The position numbers and the translations under genes were made by a program. DNA of 64,000 nucleotides from Macrostomum lignano. Lineage: Eukaryota. Position 1 is the stretch's first letter. Each line of letters begins with the position of its first letter. Shown here in pieces: positions 38,501-51,036 of the stretch. The stretch is from the NCBI GenBank assembly GCA_002269645.1, contig NIVC01000344.1:186001-250000 (forward strand). The letters are read 5' to 3'. Below the pieces are notes generated by a model, which saw only the letters and a program-made list of their open reading frames with translations, searched no databases and was not told where the DNA came from.

Positions 38501-41500
38501 GTGTACATGCCTGACCATTAGAAAGTCAAAGGGCCGCTGTACAAGCGGAAGTCAGCGGAATTGAGCAGAATTGTCTTAGCAGTGGTGTCGCCGAACGCGT
38601 TGCGCCAGGGTGCTCACAAGGGGGCGGAGAGGGGGCGGAGAGTGGGTGGAGAGGGCGGAGAGGGGGCGGAGAGTGGGTGGAGAGGGGCGGAGAGGGGGCG
38701 GAGAGTGGGTGGAGAGAGGCGGAGAGGGGCAGAGAGTGGGTGGAGAGGGGTGGAGAGGGGGTGGAGAGGGGCAGAGAGTGGGTGGAGAGGGGTGGAGAGG
38801 AGGCGGAGAGTGGGCGGAGAGGGGCGGAGAGGGGCGGAGAATAGGCGGAGAATAGGCGGAGAGGGGCGGAGAGTGGGCGGAGAGTGGGCGGAGAGTGGGC
38901 GGAGAGGGGCGGAGAATGGGCGGAGAGGGGCGGAGAGGGGCGGAGAGTGGGCGGAGAGTGGGCGGAGAGGGGCGGAGAATGGGTGGAGAGGGGCGGAGAG
39001 GGGCGGAGAGTGGGCGGAGAGTGGGCGGAGAGGGGCGGAGAGGGGCGGAGAGGAGATAGGAGAGAGTGAGAGACATTGGGCTGTTAGGCGTCACCAGTTC
39101 CAATATTCGCACAGAAAAGACAGGGTGCAAAGTATGTTGCAAAGTTTGTTTGCTACAAAATTGAAGTTTCTCAGCTATATGTAAACTGGTTTAGCTATAA
39201 TCGAGAGCTGTCATTGCTAAAAGCAATTATTAGAACCGACCTCAATTAACTTTAGTTAGTTGCTGCTGCATTTAAGCCGTTTCTCAACCACTAGCTCGAA
39301 TGTAATATTAGAAACTAATATTCTTATTCGCTAATAAATTCCCTCTGTAAACTGTGCTTATATTTGATTAGATTTATCCACAGCCCGGAATGCTGGTTAT
39401 GGCAAAGAAACTCGGAGAAAGAGAGAAGAGATTAGAGATATAAGAAGACACGAGATTAGAGGGAGAGAGATAAGATGAGAGGATAAGAGATGAGATGAGA
39501 TAGAGAAGTGAAAGAGAAGAGAGAGGGAGAGTGAGGTCGCAATAAGTAGTGAAGCAAAGTTGGAAGAGGGGAAAAAGCACGGGACATACATCTGCCTAAA
39601 CTAGTTCCGAAGCGCGTTAACAACTGCAACAGGCGGACAGACGGGCTGACTGACAAGATTCTTAATGCGCCGACAGAGTCCGAATGTAGAGAGAAAAGTT
39701 TTGAAAAACTGCATTGCATGGCTTGTAAAAGCATGTTACTGGAAGCGAAGAGAAAAAATAGTCAAAGGTGGCAGTAAGTGTACGACAGTATGTTAATGGA
39801 AGCCTCTAGTAAGTTGAAGAAAGGCGGTAAGTCACAACCCTCGGCTTAAAACGCCTTAGCCGTAGAAGTTAGTCAGCACAGTGAGTTGCGGCTTGTTGCA
39901 TGACAGCCGAATGAAATTAATTGCCCTTGATTTCAACAATGTTTGATTGATGAACGTTCGCATGAAATTGGCGACTGGCTTAATGTAGAAATAATTGCAG
40001 GTTTATAAATTTTCTGACTGAGCCAGTGTTCGCCAGACCATAGCTTTGCAGACTAATTTCAATCGTTAATCATAATTATTGGTACCAGTATGACGCTCTT
40101 CGGTTCTTGGCGGCGACCCCTATTGAAAGATAAGAGAATTTCATGCACGGCAGGAGACTCCGCGTGTGTCGGTGAAATGAGACGATCTACATTTTAGAGG
40201 AAATTAAATGAATTAAAAACTCCAAGGATTAAGGATTTAGACATCTATACTTACGATTAGTACCATAGACATGTATAGTACCATAGACTTGTATAGTACC
40301 ATAGACATTTATGTGATATAGACATCGATACAGTACCATACAATTTGATAGCACCATAGAGATGCATATTACCATAGACATCTATGCGTAAGTCCCACTA
40401 CTAGTGTAAAATTCAGTGTGCGGCCGGAATGGGGGTGTCGGAGTGAAGCCCCACTTGCGACCATAGACTATAGATATTTCTTCTTGAATAAATCAAACTA
40501 AGCTAAATAAGATACAAACCATAATTTAAAAGTAATCATTAAGTGTCCGAAAAAATATTGCCGTTGAACTGATCTTACTAAATCTTCTTTTTAATTATCG
40601 CAAGCGAACCATCAGGCTAGCAAGATTTCCAACCTCCATTCCCCCCCGTGAAGATATTCGGCGGCAACTCAGACCGCAACACGGAACGGGTGCACTACCT
40701 CAGCAAGCCGTTCGTGACTCGCTACATCCGCTTCCATCCGGTCACCTGGCACCGCCACATCTCCATGCGAGCCGGAGTGTACGGCTGTCCGCACCGGGGC
40801 GCCTGCGGCCCCGGCTATTTTCGGGTCAACAACGCCACGCGTTGTCAAGGCAACCTGGCTTTCGGCAAAAACGCCTACGTAAACGACGCAGGCGACGGCG
40901 GCGGTGGCGGCGGGAAGCACCGGAAGCGACACCTGGGCAGCAGGAATAGCTGGCAGCCGGATCTGCCCTCTAACAAGGCTGTTGACGGCGTTGTTGCCAG
41001 GCACTCGTGCGATGTCCTTAGCAACGCTGAGGTGAACGTGCCGGCCTGGGTAGTTGATCTAAAGACCCGTCAGCCAGTGCAGGGAGTATTCATCTACACT
41101 GGTCTGAACGATTCCAGTGAGTTTATTACATGCTGGAATTATTCCAGGCTACTTTGAGTAGATCATAGGCTTTTTACAGCTATTTCTGACAGCTTTAATT
41201 TTTAATTAAAAAAATTTTTAAATTAAAAACAGCAGTAATTTCTAACTGCTGTGGAGAAACAAGATCAGCCCCAGAATTGTGGACCATATGCTAGGCTGTC
41301 GAACCAATGCCATTGGCTTGTGGTCGAAGCACTCGACAGAGGTGAACACCCAAAGGACATTGCAAGGTTGCTTGAGAAGAAAAGATGGTTTACAGCATCC
41401 ATCAGCGCTTTGAAATCACTGCCGGCATAGGTCGCCTGTGAATGGGTGGCAATCGCCAAGGCAAGTTGCTCGAGAGCCTCAGGTCCAGCTGCTACTCGAT

Positions 41501-42611
41501 GCAGTGCAGACGAACCCTCTGTTGACGGTGCAGAAATGCAGCAAAGTTGAAGGAACAGCTCCAGTTGGTTATCAGATTTCGACTATCAGCAGAGCTCTGG
41601 AAAAGCGACTGAAAATTGTAGGTATTCTGTTGTTGTTGCTGTTGTTGATATTCCAGGCGTACCCAACAACCTGCAGACGGTTGCGAGAAGGCAAGAATTT
41701 CCCGAATGGCTCACGAGCGTTTGGACCAAATTGATGCATGTTGGACCAAATTAAATGCCGCTTTGCCAGCCTTGCTACCATAGACAAGAGCTCCATTACA
41801 TTGGCAAACTTATCTTGGATTAAATTAAATTGCGCGTAGGCCCAAATAGACTGCAAAAAGCTATAATAGTAATCGCTTACTAAAAGTAGAAAGGAGTGAA
41901 TTTTGGTGACAATTAAATTAATATTCGAACGCCCCAGCGTACTGCAAGTTCGATCGGTCGATAAAACTACAATGAAATCAACAACCTTAGCCCTGGCAGT
42001 ACCAGTAAAGCACCAGAATGAAGCCAAATTAAAAAAATCAAATGACAATCCCTGCAGGCATCGGCGCCAGCCTGACTCGCCACCTTGACAATCTGGACAG
42101 ACTGGAGGTGTACGTAGCCAAGAGGAAGTTCAGTGACGACCGAGGATCGAAGAAACGAAAGCGTAAAAGGAACCGACGCAACAGGACACGCGTCGCCAAA
42201 AAGAAATTAAATGACGACCGAGAGTTGAAGAAAAGAAAGGGTAAAACTGGCCTGCCTGAGAGGCTGCATTGCGGAACGATTCGCAGCTTGAACTGGGCTC
42301 TGCAGCGGGTGAGCGGCATCCATCTTTGCATGCATTCTATCTAACTTCTAAATACTCTACCGAGATAGAAACATTTCTGACCATTTTGCTGACAACATAA
42401 GATAACTCATCGGGTTTTTTTCGATTTTAGCTCGTAGAGTAGCCTCACTGTGAACTTCCACCAAATTTCTTCATTCCAGCCGCGAATTCACGTGCCCTGC
42501 TCGCGTCTGATGAACGGCCGCTATGTCTATTTGCAGGCCCGGGGCAGCAGGATGGCTTACTCTCGCCGTTGGCAGTTCAAAACGGCCCTGTGCGAGGTTA
42601 TCGTCTACTGA
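32522..42611 (+). CDS. Secreted lactadherin-like protein: signal peptide, 2 x F5/8 type C (discoidin) domains and an F-type-lectin-like domain; 8 exons, 569 aa
   Basis: join(32522..32603,35588..35769,35861..36146,36496..36636,37423..37595,40654..41116,42058..42308,42480..42611) = 1710 nt. All introns are GT-AG and phase-consistent. Signal peptide MTTRGHEALLLLLLAAVGATFVQA. FA58C motifs WQITASS, EWLQVDLG, GVMTQGRG, ARFIRLHP and MRMEIIGC, plus a second set (QWLQLDLG..RYIRFHP..MRAGVYGC). C-terminal NLAFGK, SNKAVDG, WVVDL, GRYVYL and LCEVIVY. Confidence 0.88.
33221..33638. repeat. (GGAGA)n pentanucleotide microsatellite
   Basis: About 83 units with one slip near 33375. Lies in intron 1 of the discoidin gene. 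Confidence 0.99.
34292..35353. repeat. 41-48-bp minisatellite in discoidin intron 1
   Basis: ACACAGACGCTTAGGCGCAGACATGGCACCAAGAGGCTAAG. Later units duplicate ACAGACGC. Confidence 0.95.
35588..36146 (+). CDS. Exons 2-3: first F5/8 type C domain (91-bp intron at 35770-35860)
   Basis: C..GPLGMITGEIRDWQITASS ... RMEIIGC. Confidence 0.93.
36175..36426. repeat. 74-bp tandem repeat, about 3.4 copies
   Basis: Unit starts at 36175, 36249, 36323 and 36397, in intron 3. Confidence 0.92.
36704..36948. repeat. 12-bp minisatellite
   Basis: GAGTTCATG(A/C)GT, in intron 4. Confidence 0.92.
38620..39052. repeat. G-rich about 11-bp minisatellite
   Basis: GGAGAGGGGC and GGAGAGTGGGC units, in intron 5. Confidence 0.92.
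40654..41116 (+). CDS. Exon 6: end of the second F5/8 type C domain and start of the F-type-lectin-like domain
   Basis: IFGGNSDRNT..RYIRFHPVTWHRHISMRAGVYGCP..NLAFGK..SNKAVDG..PAWVVDL. Confidence 0.9.
41310..41850 (+). pseudogene. Degenerate Tc1/IS630-like transposase remnant in discoidin intron 6
   Basis: Frameshifted LVVEALDRGEHPKDIARLL / VYSIHQRFE..GGNRQGKLL / QLLLDAVQTNPLLTV / ISTISRALEKR. Parallels the 6598-6900 remnant. Confidence 0.45.
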
Positions 42612-42736
42612 GGAGGCGTAGCTTTTTGTATATTGAAAGTAATATTTGTTTTTGCGCTATACATGTGTTCACAATTGATGATAAATACGAAGTATGTCCA
42701 ATAGGACTGAGTATGTTGCTTTTCTGGCTTTTTGTG

Positions 42737-43626
42737 AGTTGGGTGTGTCCCGAATTTTGCAGAGTGAGGTGGGTGTGTCCAGATATCTGCGGAGTGAGGT
42801 CATGTCCTGATATCTGCGGAGTGAGGTGAGTGTGTCCCGATATCTGAGGAATGAGGTGGGTGTGTCTCGATATCTGCGGAGTGAGGTGGGTGTGTCCTGA
42901 TATCTGCGGAGTGAGGTGGGTGTGTCCCGATATCTGAGGAATGAGGTGGGTGTGTCTCGATATCTGCGGAGTGAGGTGGGTGTGTCCTGATATCTGCGGA
43001 GTGAGGTGGGTGTGTCCCGATATCTGAGGAATGAGGTGGGTGTGTCTCGATATCTGCGGAGTGAGGTGGGTGTGTCCAGATATCTGCGGAGTGAGGTGGG
43101 TGTGTCCCGATATCTGAGGAGTGAGGTGGGTGTGTCTCGATATCTGCGGAGTGAGGTGGGTGTGTCTCGATATCTGCGGAGTGAGGTGGGTGTGTCCCGA
43201 TATCTGAGGAGTGAGGTGGGTGTGTCTCGATATCTGCGGAGTGAGGTGGGTGTGTCTCGATATCTGCGGAGTGAGGTGGGTGTGTCCAGATATCTGCGGA
43301 GTGAAGTGGGTGTGTCCCGATATCTGCGGAGTGAGGCGGGTGTGTCCCGATATCTGCGGAGTGAGGTGGGTGTGTCCTGAATTTTGCAGAGTGAGGTGGG
43401 TGTGTCCCGAATTTTGCGGAGGTGGGTGTGTCCAGAATTTTGCGGAGTGAGGCGGGTGTGTCTCGATATCTGCGGAGTGAGGCGGGTGTGTCTCGATATC
43501 TGCGGAGTGAGGTGGGTGTGTCCAGAATTTTGCGGAGTGAGGTGGGTGTGTCCAGATATCTGCGGAGTGAGGTGGGTGTGTCCCGATATCTGCGGAGTGA
43601 GGTGGGTGTGTCCCGATATCTGCGGA
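42737..43626. repeat. 30-bp minisatellite just 3' of the discoidin gene
   Basis: GATATCTGCGGAGTGAGGTGGGTGTGTCCC. Confidence 0.96.
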
Positions 43627-44798
43627 AACCGACTTGTAACTCCAGATCAACAAAAATTTACAATTCGTTTATATAATAATTATAATGTTGTGTTCATATT
43701 TTATTCAACGACAACCCCTCAACCGCTTTAGTTGGAGCACTGAACTCAAAGACAAATCCAAGAAAACATTTGGTTTTTATTTTGTCCAGTCAGTCAATCA
43801 TATTTATATTGTAATTTCTACGTGTACATCGATAAATTCAAAGCTAATTACCTCATCTTGCAATTAACCTGTAGATTTCTTAGTTACAAATCTGCGCATT
43901 ATTTGTCCCTAATCAGTGTATATTACTATATTATTGTCACTTATCAAGACTTTTTCATACGAGCTCTCGCAGCTGAATTACCTCTATATCCTATATGAAT
44001 AGTATTAGCACCTGTTCAGTAGTGGATCCTGTCCGCAAAGACGTTTAAAGACGTAACAAAGTTGCAACTTCACAGTGGACATGTGCTGTGCAAAAATTCC
44101 AAACTGTTCTGTTGATCTATCTGCTTCTACCAAAGGAGCAGTGACTGAGTCATTAAGTTTCCGAAAGCTTTATTTGCTTTCAGCGAATTCCTAACATATT
44201 TGCGAAGCGGTCTCGGAAAAGAGCCGCTGTTTATCTATTGTTTTCACGAAGCAAAATAACAAATACAAAAATAGGCATCGCGCGCACGCGACCTCGCTAT
44301 AATTTGCGGCATTTCAAAACGGTCGTTGTTTGGCTTATATTTAAAGGTTTGCGTGTGAATTTTGTTCTGCATTTCAGCTATTGGTCAATCTGAAAGTGGC
44401 GGGGCCGATCAGTGGTAAACGCTTCTGACTATCGGTGTCACGTGCTTGAGGGCCAACCCCCAAGGCACGGAGAGTGCACATGGCTGACGATTAGAAAGCC
44501 AGGGCAGCTGTACACCCTGTGTGAGCGTGTAGGAGTCAGCGGAATGGGCAGAATTGCCTCAGGGGACGATGTCGCTAAAAGCGTGGGGCCATGGTGCCCT
44601 TATTACCCTTAATTATCCAAATATGATTATTAGTATGTGGTCAACTAAAGTGGCCGCTACACTCGTTTCAACAGAGTATTCAGTGGAATTTTCCAGACGT
44701 TTTGGCTATGTCAAAAACCTCGTTTCTATGGTATGCAAAAACCGTCTAAATCCAGTTACAGAGCGCAACCGCAATAATTTTCATTTGCATTTGCATTT

Positions 44799-46108
44799 TT
44801 CTGCCTTCGTTGTATTGTCTTTCTGCCTTAGTTGCATTGTCTTTCTGCCTTCGTTGCATTGTCTTTCTACCTTAGTTGCATTGTCTTTCTGCCTTAGTTG
44901 CATTGTCTTTCTGCCTTAGTTGCATTGTCTTTCTGCCTTAGTTGCAGTGTCTTTCTGCCTTCGTTGCATTGTATTTCTGCCTTAGTTGCATTGTCTTTCT
45001 GCCTTAGTTGCATTGTCTTTCTGCCTTAGTTGCATTGTCTTTCTGCCTAAGTTGCATTGTCTTTCTGCCTTAGTTGCATTGTCTTTCTGCCTTAGTTGCA
45101 TTGTCTTTCTGCCTTAGTTGCATTGTCTTTCTGCCTTAGTTGCATTGTCTTTCTGCCTTCGTTGCATTGTATTTCTGCCTTAGTTGCATTGTCTTTCTGC
45201 CTTAGTTGCATTGTCTTTCTGCCTTAGTTGCATTGTCTTTCTGCCTAAGTTGCATTGTCTTTCTGCCTTAGTTGCATTGTCTTTCTGCCTTAGTTGCATT
45301 GTCTTTCTGCCTTAGTTGCATTGTCTTTCTGCCTTAGTTGCAGTGTCTTTCTACCTAAGTTGCATTGTCTTTCTGCCTTAGTTGCATTGTCTTTCTGCCT
45401 TATTTGCATTGACTTTCTTCCTTAGTTGCATTGTCTTTCTGCCTTAGTTGCAGTGTCTTTCTGCCTTAGTTGCATTGTCTTTCTGCCTTAGTTGCATTGT
45501 CTTTCTGCCTTATTTGCATTGACTTTCTTCCTTAGTTGCATTGTCTTTCTGCCTTAGTTGCAGTGTCTTTCTGCCTTAGTTGCATTGTCTTTCTGCCTTA
45601 GTTGCATTGTCTTTCTGCCTAAGTTGCATTGTCTTTCTGCCTTCGTTGTATTGTCTTTCTGCCTAAGTTGCATTGTCTTTCTGCCTAAGTTGCATTGTCT
45701 TTCTGCCTTCGTTGTATTGTCTTTCTGCCTTAGTTGCATTGTCTTTCTGCCTTAGTTGCATTGTCTTTCTGCCTTAGTTGCAGTGTCTTTCTGCCTTAGT
45801 TGCATTGTCTTTCTGCCTTAGTTGCATTGTCTTTCTGCCTTAGTTGCATTGTCTTTCTGCCTTCGTTGCATTGTATTTCTGCCTTAGTTGCATTGTCTTT
45901 CTGCCTTAGTTGCATTGTCTTTCTGCCTTACTTGCATTGTCTTTCTGCCTTAGTTGCATTGTCTTTCTTCCTTAGTTGCATTGTCTTTCTGCCTTAGTTG
46001 CATTGTCTTTCTGCCTTAGTTGCAGTGTCTTTCTGCTTTAATTGCATTGTCTTTCTGCTTTAATTGCATTGTCTTTCTGCCTTAGTTGAATTGTCTTTCT
46101 GCCTTAGT
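44799..46108. repeat. 22-bp minisatellite, about 59 copies
   Basis: CTGCCTTAGTTGCATTGTCTTT. Confidence 0.97.
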
Positions 46109-47538
46109 GGAAAATAATTTTCATCAGGTGCAATTTAGTCAAAATATGAAAGGAAAAAGGGCTGTAAAAAGCGATGCGGATGTTATTTCCCCCCAAATGT
46201 CCCCCCGAATGATCACTTTTATCCATTGGAGTTTTTCATTCAAGAAGAGGCAGACCCTTTAAACAGGCCCACCAATTTCTGAGTAAAATTCAAATACTAA
46301 AGCTGTAGAAAAGTAAACGACCTTTATGACCTTCTACGTCTACTCTTAGCAGACAATCGTGTGCTTAGTGTTAAAATAAAACTGTTTCTCATCCTATGAT
46401 AATATGGTTGTAAAAGAAATTGTTTCAATTGTGTACAAAATATTAATTATTTTTTAATTTTTTTAATTGGACCACAAAAACAAAGCGCAGTTCCGGCCTA
46501 TTGTGAGGCTGTATTTTGATTAAAAAAAACTAATTTCCATGCAGCAGCAGAAAGAAACAAATTAATTTGTCAGTGTCACGACATCATCGCCACCACCCGC
46601 TGTGATTTTTAATTTTCTAGACTTCATGGGAAAGCGCAGGAGCTCTATCAGATTTATTCGGTTGAATAAATACTAATTACTATTGGCTGGTGAGCACGAG
46701 TCGACTTCTGAGTCCTTCACTACCTTAATTGGAGATTTATTAAGCCGGCTAGCAAGCAGTAGCTTAGAGAATAACAGTCTCGTCGCACTGAATCAATTAG
46801 TTTTGGCCATAGACATCCTCAGCACGCCGCAGTCACTCGTGACCTCGGCCAGTAACTTAAACTCTCGCTTCATTTAGCTGCATTGGTTGAATTGTCTATG
46901 GCCGAAACAGGTAAATGACGATTCGTAAACACTTCATGTCAATGGCCAGTCCCATAGAATGCATTGGTCAATCAGTTGTCTATGGCCAAAATTGGAGGAA
47001 AGACCCTGTATATTTTTAAGAGAGCACACAGCGCCGCCAGAATTTTATAAACAGATCTAACCAACTTGCTGTGGGATGGCCGTTATCAACTTATTCATCG
47101 AGCTGGACTGACCAGTCAGAGCTGATGCAGACACATGTGGTCGACTTGCTGATGAAATTTGGAGGCTTGGCAAGGCTGTACTGAGGCGCAGTGGTGATTG
47201 GCGCACAGGGATGTACTGAATACACTGGCGCTTATGGAAAAAACCCGACCTTCTGGCAGTTCAATCGTCAAATATCTCGACGGTCCGTAGAGCTGGCAAC
47301 TTGATTATTGTTTGAGAAGGTGCACAACAAAAATTTAGGCCGTGTTCTTGAATTTCGTGTGCCTGTATTGCTCTGCTCCGGCGCAGCAAAAAAAAGTTGT
47401 CAGGGGGGATTCCCTCTCTTGGTAGCTCGTAGTTCTACTCGTACTGTTAAGCCACACTTCCGTAGTGGCATCATACCGCTAGATGATTCATATAGATATT
47501 TAGCATAGCACTCAAAAACTTTATTTATAATTGATCAA

Positions 47539-48202
47539 CAACAACAACACAACAAAATACGCTGTCAGGATGGCAAAAGTCAACGTCACAGGGCGCGCTT
47601 CATGGCTTGGGCGCGAACAAAGGCCGCGCCACCGGCAGTGTCCGGGGCGCCGGAGTCAGCCAGCAGACAGTCGACGTAACGCCGAGTTCGCGCTTGACCT
47701 CACCGGTAGGGTGCCTGCAGCGTGAGCAGCAGCACCTCCTGCACCGGCTGTGGGCAGTACGACTCGGCGCGGATGAGATGGCCTGCGAGCTGGAGTCGCC
47801 GACGGCGCAGTAGATCGCTTGGACGTGGCAGGCCAGCGCGGCGATAGAGTGCCGCGTTGTTGACTCGCTCGACGCCGATGTTGAAGGCGGCGCGCAGCAG
47901 GCCAGCGTGCGCCGCATCGACTTGCTGTTCGAGTGAGTCCGTCAGCGTCCAGGTCTCGGCGTTGTAGAGCAGGACGGTCTCGATTACCGCCTGGAACAGC
48001 GCCGCCCTCTGGCGGTCCGGTAGGGCCTGGGACTGCAGGACTGCCCTCACAGAACGAAAGGCAGCCCAGGCAAGCCCGCGGCGGCGTCGCAGGTCCTCGC
48101 GAGCGCCTGGAACCAGACCGCCAAGGTAGATGAACTGCTGACATCGCGGGAGCTCGGTCGCCTGCCCGTCAGCGCCTCGGCAGCGCCTCCCCTGCGCTAT
48201 AA
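47539..48202 (-). mobile_element. 5'-truncated RTE-clade non-LTR retrotransposon
   Basis: 12-bp TSD ATAATTGATCAA at 47527-47538 and 48203-48214. (TTG)n 3' tail. Encodes the end of the RT (QFIYLGG, LLYNAETWTLT, RLQLAGHLIR). Premature TGA at 47700-47702 and natural stop at 47586-47588. Confidence 0.9.
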
Positions 48203-51036
48203 ATAATTGATCAAGTAAAAGTAATTGACAGTTCTTGCGAAAACTCCATAACTATTAACTTTTGCTTTAGGGCAAGGAAGAAATTAAGATAGCTACGGTG
48301 CACCTTTTCCGATTCAAACCTGAAAGAGTGCAAGTCAATTTAAACACCTTGCCATTAATGAACTCGTCTTAACTGAGGTTCTTCTCTAAAAGCATGGATA
48401 AATCAAATTTTCAGATGACAAACTAGCACGATAAGCCCCCCTTGGGGGGAAATTCACCCTTTGATGGACATCTGCTCCAAGATCTGCTCCGTGCACAGCA
48501 AGCGTTTAGCAAACGTATCAGTGCCACACAGCTTGAAGAAGGCCATTTAAAAGAAGAAAATGAATAAAATCGGTCAAACGGTTCGCTTTCAAGCGTGTCA
48601 CAGACACACGTACACTCACTTTTAGTATATTGGATGGAATTAAATCGTGTACTTTGGTCAAAATATTGAACAGCCTTTGCATGATAAAGAGTTGTAAAAT
48701 GATTTGGCAATCCATCCGATTTATTTTAGTTTTTTTGTAGTCTTTTGTAGCTTTTCTCTGAGGGTTGCGCTATACATAAGCCGACCAAGTTGAGAATTTC
48801 CATTTGGCAGCAGTGCCATTATATTCCATCTTGCCCATAGACATAGACGCGGTAGACTGATAATTAAAAGGCAAGCAAGTTGATACTTCGGCCATAGACA
48901 TCGGCAAAAAGAATGATGCCAGCTCACGTGCAGACGCTGTAGCCTCCCGCTCATTTCTATAATTAGCTGACATGCAGAGTGGGTAGTGTTTCAACAAAAT
49001 CAAATTTTTCATTCGATCCTTTCCAAAGTCTTCATAATCTTTAGGATTAAAAAATTCTAAATTTAGAGCTGTTTATGCTCGTTTGTGCTCTCAGCCTGCG
49101 GGTTTTACGGTCTCCGAGCAAAGCGAATACTGGCTGAAGAAGTACATTAATTAGCAAAGCGCTGCAGACTCACCAATTGCTTTCAGTCTCCTCTTCTTTT
49201 GCAATCAGAAAATCACTGTAGAGCTGCCACCATACCGGATTTTCTTGCAATTAGAAAAATTCAATGGTAGCAAAGGGATTATCGGGATTAATTCTGGGTT
49301 AGTTCAAGCGAGTTCAAGGGTGGGAGACTTGGCGTGCCAATTGTACTTGGGAGTCGCCAGACGTTCGACTGTCACCATTTCTCTATCTTCAAAGAGCATT
49401 TTGACCTCAACAAACAAAGTTATCAGCATAGCAAAACCAGGATTCTTTTCGGGCGACTTTTGTCTTCTACTTAAAAAAATGTTAGTCTACGGGGCTATCA
49501 AAACATTTTGTGATTCAAAGGTTCAAAGATCAGTGACAATTAATAAGCTACTATAACTTACTCATTTTGTTATTTTTGTTATTCTGAAGAGGTTATTCTG
49601 AACACCCGTAAGAAATGTCATTGTAGCATAAGCAGGAGCCAGGAAATACTGTTCGCTCCCAGAGACAGCGAGGCAACATTCCCAGTTCCCAGTCAAAAAT
49701 ATTTTTGCGATTTTCGTTCTAGCTCGTATCACCATTAATTTTGTTAAAAATTGTAAAAATTAAGATTCAAAATTATAATGCTCGATCGTCTACGCCATGC
49801 TTGCAGCATGTTAACTGACACTCCTGGCAATGTAAAACAAATTACAAGAGCTGTCATACAAATTAATTGTTGTAATCTTCCATGCTAAAAAAAATCATTT
49901 TTCTAAACCTCGTTGAACCCTTGAAATCTGTTTAAATCTTTTCAAGTGACTTTTTTAAATTATTGATTGTTTTAATTAAAGAACTGTAAAACAAAAGCAG
50001 AGTTTAAATAAATTTCTGTTGCATTGGGGTTGGGACTTGTCTTACTTTTATAGTATTGTTAAACGAAAAAAATTCTTTTTTTTCTCTATCTTCAAGTTTA
50101 TACTCATTATTTTTTAGTTTTTAATCACATAGTTGAAAGCAGTTTAAATAGCCGGCTATAATAACGATTTTTCAAAGTCGAGGGTAAACAAAATTTATTT
50201 GTTTTGTTTCGTTTAAACATTTGGGCAAACAAAACATATTTAAACAAGAAAGTAACATATGGGTAATGATAATTTGAATAATTTTCCATATAAATCAAAT
50301 TAAATGTCTTTAAAGCAACAATGCATATAGAATCATGCAAGACATGACCCTCCCAAATAATTCAATCGATCACGAGCCTGCTAATTTGGGCCCGATTCAT
50401 GCGGGCGCATGGAATCAAATACAAAGGCTGCTGGTAGATCCGTTCTATAATTATAGCCTGGCAGAGAAATAAGACGATAATTCGAGTCTCCGAGTCAATC
50501 GGCAAAATCTGCTTATGGAATTGGATGCTTTAATTGTGAGTTACAGGCAGGGAAGCAGAGCTGAGTAGCCTTTGCTTCTGCGATGGCGTTGTCAAAGAAA
50601 GCCGGGAAAATTCCCAGCCCCAAGCACTCGGTCTTCTGCTGGCTAAATCATCTATTGACTGTCGAAGCGCGGCAGGAAAAGAGTGGACGAACAGTTTCTG
50701 GGGACTTCGCAGTCGGAGCCGTCCTGAGCTAATGCAGATTTACAGCTTTGATGTTGAAAAGTACTGCGTGGGACAGAAGCAGAGAGATAAAAACAAGATT
50801 CGGAACAAGAAAAAAGCAACAAGATGAAAAGTAACAATACGGAATGGCATTAGGGACAAGGATTAGAGGCGTGGGGATTTTGTAGTCAGCGCTGTTCTCT
50901 CTCATCTCATACGCTATACGAGGAGGGGAGTGATTTTTGTGTCTCTCGAAATTGACAGGATGACAGGCCGTCACTTCTGCAGTTTGCATTGAAGATGAAG
51001 ATCGGCTGCGCTTTTGCTTGATCATCTCTGAGCAGC

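Noticed and set aside
42598-43731. 351-aa (HTHLTPQISG)n and related ORFs
   Set aside because: Translations of the 30-bp minisatellite.
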